A program made the position numbers and the translations under genes. Shown here piece after piece: positions 59,181 to 64,000 of a stretch of DNA of 64,000 nt (position 1 is its first letter; each line of letters opens with the position of its first letter). Origin of the DNA: an uncultured Actinomycetota bacterium. GTDB taxonomy: Bacteria > Actinomycetota > Actinomycetes > Streptosporangiales > Streptosporangiaceae. The notes beneath the pieces are model-generated. The model saw only the letters and a list, made by a program, of their open reading frames with translations. It made no database searches and was not told the origin of the DNA. The stretch lies in contig CAVQCR010000013.1 in assembly GCA_963711055.1 (NCBI GenBank), positions 1,248 to 65,247 of the forward strand, given 5' to 3'.

Positions 59181-59759
59181 GTGGCGCTACGCGTTCCGAA
59201 GGCAGAGCTGCCCGCCGATATAAGCGAAAACATGATCAAGCAGTTCGGTGCCGTGCCTGAGCCCGTCGAGGTGGTATGGCACTGCCCCCAGGTCGCTTTG
59301 GCCAGCTTGGAGTTCAGCGGCAAGGTGGGCGCGTGGCATGCGGCCGACGAGAGCCTCAAGTCGTTCGCGCACATGGCCGTCGCGTCACAGGTCGGCTGCA
59401 GCTGGTGCCTCGACATCGGCTATTTCCAGGCGCAGAACCAGAACCTGGACCTGGCCAAGGCGAGCCAGGTGCCACGCTGGCGGGAGTCGGAGGTGTTCAC
59501 GCCGCTGGAACGGGACGTGCTGGAGTACGCCGAGGCCATGACGAACACGCCGCCGACCGTCACCGACGAGCTGTCGGCGAGCCTGCTGGAGCGGCTCGGC
59601 CCGGCGGCGCTGGTCGAGCTCACCGTGTTCATCGCCGCTGCCAACATGGCGACCCGGGCCAACACCGCGCACGGGATCGCGTCGCAAGGCTTCTCCGCCG
59701 CGTGCGAGATTCCGCTGGCGGCCCGGCCTGAGAATTCCGACGTAGCGTCGGCGGCATGA
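59181..59759 (+). CDS. Carboxymuconolactone decarboxylase (AhpD-like) family protein
   Basis: GTG after AGGAGG. CxxC-like motif GCSWCLDIGYF and LERDVLEYAEAMT. The stop overlaps the sigma-factor start. Confidence 0.8.
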   Translation: MALRVPKAELPADISENMIKQFGAVPEPVEVVWHCPQVALASLEFSGKVGAWHAADESLKSFAHMAVASQVGCSWCLDIGYFQAQNQNLDLAKASQVPRWRESEVFTPLERDVLEYAEAMTNTPPTVTDELSASLLERLGPAALVELTVFIAAANMATRANTAHGIASQGFSAACEIPLAARPENSDVASAA

Positions 59760-60622
59760 CCGAGGACCCGTTCGTCGCCCATCGCACCCTGCTGTTCACG
59801 GTCGCCTACGAGATGCTCGGGTCGGCGGCCGACGCCGAGGACGTGGTGCAGGAGGCCTGGCTGCGGTGGGCCGACGTCGACCAATCGCAGGTACATGACC
59901 CACGGGCGTACCTCATCCGGGTCGTCACCCGGCAAGCGCTCAACCGCCTGCGGACGTTGTCCCGCCGCCGCGAGGAATACGTTGGCGAGTGGCTGCCGGA
60001 ACCACTGCTGACCAGCCCTGATGTCGCCGAGGACGTCGAACTCGCGGAGAGCGTCTCGATTGCGATGCTGACCGTGCTGGAGACGCTCGGGCCGGCAGAG
60101 CGGGCGGTGTTCGTGCTCCGCGAGGTCTTCGAGATGCCGTACGGCGAGATCGCCGAGGCCATCGGGAAGTCAGCGGCCGCGGTGCGGCAGATCGCGCGGC
60201 GGGCGCGCGAGAATGTGGCGGCTCGGCGGCCGCGGGTGCAGGTGAGCCGGTCGGAGCAGCAGGCGGTGGTGGAGCGGTTCCTGGTCGCGTTGCGAACCGG
60301 ACAGTTGCAGGAGCTGATGGCGGTCATGGCGCCGGACGTGGTCCTGATCGCCGACGGTGGCGGGCATGTGGCTGCCGCTCGGGCTCCGATCCACGGGGCC
60401 GAACTCGTGGCGAAGTTGCTCGCGCGCGCGAACCGTGTGGCGGGCGCGTTCGAGACGACGCCCGTGTGGCTCAACGGCGCGCCTGCGGGCCGGATAGAAA
60501 TCGGCGGCCAGGTGGCCGCGGTGAGCCTCGTGGTGGAAAACGGGCGGGTCACCCGGATCTACGCGATAGCAAACCCGCGGAAGCTGACGCGGCTGGTTGA
60601 ACCAGCCGAACTCACCAGGTAG
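59756..60622 (+). CDS. ECF sigma factor with SnoaL-like C-terminal extension (ECF41/SigJ-like)
   Basis: Region 2 AEDVVQEAWLRW, region 4 MPYGEIAEAIGKSAAAVRQIARRAR, and a C-terminal roughly 100-aa NTF2-like extension. Confidence 0.9.
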   Translation: MTEDPFVAHRTLLFTVAYEMLGSAADAEDVVQEAWLRWADVDQSQVHDPRAYLIRVVTRQALNRLRTLSRRREEYVGEWLPEPLLTSPDVAEDVELAESVSIAMLTVLETLGPAERAVFVLREVFEMPYGEIAEAIGKSAAAVRQIARRARENVAARRPRVQVSRSEQQAVVERFLVALRTGQLQELMAVMAPDVVLIADGGGHVAAARAPIHGAELVAKLLARANRVAGAFETTPVWLNGAPAGRIEIGGQVAAVSLVVENGRVTRIYAIANPRKLTRLVEPAELTR

Positions 60623-60797
60623 GACTGCTGCTCTGGCCTCGTGAGCGCCGGATTCCAGCCGCCAGTCTGCTGGCTGACTTTGGCGGGCGCACGCGTATGG
60701 CCGTTCTGTGCGGCGCGGTCCGCTGCATCGTTTGTGACGGCACTCTGCCATCGCGCGGTCCTTGCGGCATCGGCGGCCGGCGGGCAGGCTGGCTGGG

Positions 60798-61102
60798 ATG
60801 ACGGATATGCCTGTGCTGCTGGACCGGCTGGAGCAGGCGGGTGGCGCGCGGACGTGGTGCCATCGGCGGACGGCTGGGAGCTTGTCCTGGCCGAGAACGT
60901 CGCCTACCTGGTCGATGACCGGCGCCGCTGGCAGGCGCTGGCAGCGCTGCGGAGCGTCGTGGGACTGGACCCTGAACAGATCCTCGCCGCTCACGAGGAT
61001 GTGCTCCGCAGCGTCGTCGCTGGTGCCAGGCCGGCGGAACGGGCCCAGCGCTTGCGCCGGTGCGCTGAGCCCTTCCTGCTTGATCTGTCCCGTCAGGGGT
61101 GA
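60798..61102 (+). pseudogene. Small HhH/endonuclease-III-like fragment, frameshift near 60845
   Basis: MTDMPVLLDRLEQA in one frame. Then DGWELVLAENVAYLVDDRRRWQALAALRSVVGLDPEQIL in another. Assignment is weak. Confidence 0.35.
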
Positions 61103-61257
61103 CTGTCCTAGCGCCGCCACCCGCCGCCCCTGTACTGACCGCCGTGCCGCCCGTCCAGACTGCGAGCGGGCCCCCCGTGCGCGGAGAAGTGCCCGTTCTC
61201 TCGGGGCCGGGTCCCACCTCCGGCTAACCCCCGGGCCTTTTGCGGGCACTATGAGGG

Positions 61258-62373
61258 GTGAGGATGTCCGGTGAGCACAGGTCCGACGCCGACCTCGTGC
61301 GCGAAGCGCTGCGCGGGTCGCGTGAGCCGCTTGCCGAGTTGTTGCGGCGGCACTTTCCCACGGCGGTGTTCGTGGCCACCCGGATGCTGGGTTCGCCGGA
61401 GCTGGCCCGCGATGCAGCTCAAGAGGCCGCGATCGCGGCGATGACCGACCTGGACCGGTTGCGTTGTCCGGACAGATTCGGCGCCTGGTTTTGCGGGATA
61501 GCCCTGAACGTGGCCCGGCGATGGCGCCGTGAGCTCCGCGCCGAACTGCTGGGCCTGCCGACTGATGTCGTTTCGCCCGCTCCGGGTCCGGCTGAGGCCG
61601 CGGAGCTCACCGACATAGCGGCGCGGGTCCGCGGCGCTGTCGCCGCGCTACCTGCCGGCCAGCGCAACGCGGTGATGCTGTTTTACCTGCAGGGCCTGAG
61701 CCACCGCGAAGTGGCGGCCGAGCTCGGCATCTCCGTGGGGGCGGTGAAGGCCCGGCTGCACCAGGCACGGGTCTCCCTGGCCCCCAGGCTCGCATCAGTA
61801 GCCGACTTCCTGGAGGAGACGACCATGACAGCCGAGGGCGCGCAATGGATCGACGTGTCGGTATCGGAGATCCGCCGGTCCCATGGCGACAATGAGGACG
61901 AGTGGCAATTCGTGATGGTACTGGCCGAGCGCGACGGCGCCCGGACACTGCCGATCTGGATCGGACCCGCCGAGGCGATCTGCCTCGCCATGGAGCTGCA
62001 ATCAGCGGAGACGCCCCGCCCGTTCACGTACAAGCTCGCGGCTGGGCTAGTCGGAGCGGCAGGCGCAAAAGTGGCCGAGGTCAGGATCACTCGACTGATT
62101 GAGGAAGTGTTCTACGCGTCAGTGCTCGTCGACGGCCCGGCCGGCCGTCGTGAGGTTGACTCCCGCCCGAGCGACGCAGTGAACCTGGCCCTGGCTGCGG
62201 GCGCGCCAGTCAAGGTCGAAGCGGGGCTGCTGCGCGCCGAGCAGGCCCTGGCGCAGGCGGGGGGGCTTGCGTCCCTCTCCGTGGCGACTGCCGAGATAGC
62301 CGCCGAAGCCCAGCAACGGATCCGCGAACGGCGCTGGCACGTCTGCGCACCGGGAGCGGACCCCGCCCTTTAA
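61258..62373 (+). CDS. ECF sigma factor fused to a C-terminal DUF151/bifunctional-nuclease (BFN) domain
   Basis: Region 2 DAAQEAAIAAMTDLDRL..FGAWFCGIALNVARRW. Region 4 LPAGQRNAVMLFYLQGLSHREVAAELGISVGAVKARLHQAR. Then VMVLAERDGARTLPIWIGPAEAICLAMEL..PRPFTYKL...VFYASVLV...SRPSDAVNLALAAGAPVKV. Confidence 0.85.
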   Translation: MRMSGEHRSDADLVREALRGSREPLAELLRRHFPTAVFVATRMLGSPELARDAAQEAAIAAMTDLDRLRCPDRFGAWFCGIALNVARRWRRELRAELLGLPTDVVSPAPGPAEAAELTDIAARVRGAVAALPAGQRNAVMLFYLQGLSHREVAAELGISVGAVKARLHQARVSLAPRLASVADFLEETTMTAEGAQWIDVSVSEIRRSHGDNEDEWQFVMVLAERDGARTLPIWIGPAEAICLAMELQSAETPRPFTYKLAAGLVGAAGAKVAEVRITRLIEEVFYASVLVDGPAGRREVDSRPSDAVNLALAAGAPVKVEAGLLRAEQALAQAGGLASLSVATAEIAAEAQQRIRERRWHVCAPGADPAL

Positions 62374-62491
62374 GTGGCGAACGCCGCCACGGCCGGAAGC
62401 GCCTATCTGCGCAGCAAATGGACGAGCCGACAGGGAGGAACGACCGTACGGAACCGTACACTTCCGTGCGGTCCTGTGCTACCATGGACTC

Positions 62492-62779
62492 ATGACCACG
62501 ATCAGGGCCGAGGAGGTACGGATTCCCCGGCATGCACGCGAGGCGGTCGCCCGGCACGAGCGGGTGGTCGTCGTGAATCACGAACGGCCGACCTTTGTCA
62601 TCATGCATCCAGATGACACCGCGGCGCGTTCGACGGCGGTGCGGCCAGGACGGCCGCTGCGCGAGGCGCTCGGGCTGCTCGCTGGCGCGGCCCTGCCGGA
62701 TACCGGTTTCGCCGACGACATGGAGGCCGTGCTCGCCGACGTCGGGCCGGCTCCGGATGACCCGTGGGCACGCTCCTAG
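62492..62779 (+). CDS. Type II antitoxin (Phd/YefM-like) paired with the PIN toxin
   Basis: 95 aa. N-terminal VVVNHERPTFVIMHPDD. 16-nt overlap with the toxin gene. Confidence 0.75.
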   Translation: MTTIRAEEVRIPRHAREAVARHERVVVVNHERPTFVIMHPDDTAARSTAVRPGRPLREALGLLAGAALPDTGFADDMEAVLADVGPAPDDPWARS

Positions 62780-63207
62780 ACACCACGGTCTTCATCGACC
62801 TTGAACGCGCCGTCCGGCGCCTGCCGCCCGGAGGCGCCATGGCCGAGGTGAGCGGGCGGCTGGAAGAGCAGCTGGGGCCTGATGAGGAGGTCGGGATCGC
62901 CGCCATTACGGCTTCCGAGTTGCTCCATGGCGTGCACCGCGCGACCCCGGAGCACCGGGCTCGCCGTGAGGCCTTCGTCGAGGCGGTCCTGGCCGCGTTT
63001 CCAGCGCTGCCTTTCGGCCTCCTAGTCGCTCGTGCGCACGCCCGCATCTGGGCCGAACTCGCCACTGCGGGCCAGGACGTCGGGGCGCACGACCGGCTCG
63101 TCGCGGCGACCGCCATAACGGCCGGATGGCGCGTCGGAACAGCCAATCTCCGGCACTTTGACCGTATCGCCGGCCTCGACATCCTGAGCATCTCCTTTAC
63201 CGGCTAA
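62764..63207 (+). CDS. vapC: PIN-domain ribonuclease toxin VapC
   Basis: LLDTTVFIDLE (first acidic residue), ITASELLHG and DRLVAATAITAGWRVGTANLRHF. Confidence 0.85.
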   Translation: MGTLLDTTVFIDLERAVRRLPPGGAMAEVSGRLEEQLGPDEEVGIAAITASELLHGVHRATPEHRARREAFVEAVLAAFPALPFGLLVARAHARIWAELATAGQDVGAHDRLVAATAITAGWRVGTANLRHFDRIAGLDILSISFTG

Positions 63208-63249
63208 CAAAATTGCGCTGACTCGGTTTGCCGATCTTTCATAATGCGG

Positions 63250-63333
63250 ACGACGATGCGACCGTTGACCGTTGATGGTCGACGATTGACGATTGACGAT
63301 TGACGCTTGACCGCTGGCCGCTGACGACGACAA
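63250..63333. repeat. Heptanucleotide tandem array, about 10-12 units, consensus (A/G)TTGAC(G/C)
   Basis: TTGA/TCGA/CTGA recur with an exact 7-nt period from 63265 to 63321, and ATTGACG occurs x3 perfectly. A period of 7 is not a multiple of 3, so the array is noncoding. Confidence 0.8.
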
Positions 63334-63612
63334 TTGGCGGCAGTGACGGGGCGGAGGATGGGGGCCTTGGAGGTCAAGCGGGGGTGTTACTCGACAGACA
63401 TAGACGGCGACTTCGTCTTCTTCCTCATCGGCACGCGGTTCAATCATCCGCTGAGCATCCGCAAGTGGTGGCCGGTGGCAACAGCCATGCCCAAGATGCT
63501 GAAAGTACTGGGCCAGCAGCCCGAACTGGGCTGCCTCGGATTCGAGCCGCACCCAGTAAGGGCAACACAGCTGCGGCGCGCATCGGGGCGAGCACGACTG
63601 ACGAACCGGTAG
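63334..63612 (+). pseudogene. DUF4188 domain protein, N-terminal half only
   Basis: IDGDFVFFLIGTRFNHPLSIRKWWPVATAMPKMLKVLGQQPELGCLGFE matches the DUF4188 N-terminus, then diverges and stops early. Confidence 0.5.
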
Positions 63613-64000
63613 TCGAACTGTACTGACGCCGCTGCGCGGGTTCAGTCCTCGGCGTCGATGGTCCTAGGGCCGGGCCGGTCGCCGCAGCCGGGATTGCCGA
63701 GCCGCGGGCGGTCGGGTCCCGGATCGGCGGCAGCCGGTATCAATGAAGGCCGCCGCTGGCGCAACGTTGCCGTGTGCCCGCCAGACCAGCGTGCGCGTCG
63801 CCGCCGGCCAGCCGTGTATTGGGACGAACACAACCTCCGGGTGGACCTGGCAGGTCGGGGACTACTGCTGGAATGCGCCGGAATCGGTGCCGGGGTTCTG
63901 CTCGGGCTGCTGGCCGGCGCGGCCATGCGGGTCGAGCGTGGCCCTGGCACCACCATGCTCATGACCGTGGCCGGCCTGCCATATCTGGCGATCTGGGTCG

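Noticed and set aside
63642-64000. ORFs at the right edge of the window (63642-63962 minus strand, 63743-63964 plus strand)
   Set aside because: The translations are low-complexity. A possible membrane protein in a third frame runs off the window, so no call is possible.

Overview
High-GC (about 70% by eye) actinobacterial chromosomal segment. It carries many long antisense shadow ORFs, so calls rest on recognisable protein motifs, Shine-Dalgarno (SD) sites and gene overlaps rather than ORF length.

The right-hand part (28.8-56.5 kb) is conserved housekeeping in the order known from mycobacteria and relatives: fumC plus a class I fumarase, glpX, xseA/xseB, ispH, rmuC and ychF. Transporter/regulator pairs are interspersed.

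The left-hand part (0-21 kb) is accessory and partly decayed. It holds a sulfotransferase, phosphotransferases, TetR/GntR/ArsR regulators, and a run of gene fragments at 11-16.9 kb (MMPL, short-chain dehydrogenase (SDR), RibD_C and TetR_C).

Most notable observations:
1. An ABC ATPase + ABC-2 permease + roughly 100-aa small-protein module occurs in two intact copies (8808-10988, 17674-20292) and one relic (12108-12691, minus strand). The unrecognised small ORF family has six copies in total.
2. An ECF sigma factor is fused to a DUF151/bifunctional-nuclease domain (61258-62373).
3. A pair of tRNA-like roughly 70-nt repeats brackets the first 6.5 kb.
4. There are three coding or noncoding tandem repeats: a 15-bp x5 repeat giving (STADS)5 in a TetR N-terminal tail, a 15-bp x3-4 repeat giving GGSGQ next to a Ser/Thr kinase, and a phased heptamer TTGAC array.
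5. A 337-bp insert flanked by 12-bp direct repeats splits xseA from xseB.
6. At least eight otherwise intact genes carry single frameshifts, several in GGCCGG-type runs. These are either real pseudogenes or assembly indels.

No rRNA, intact tRNA or CRISPR array was seen.
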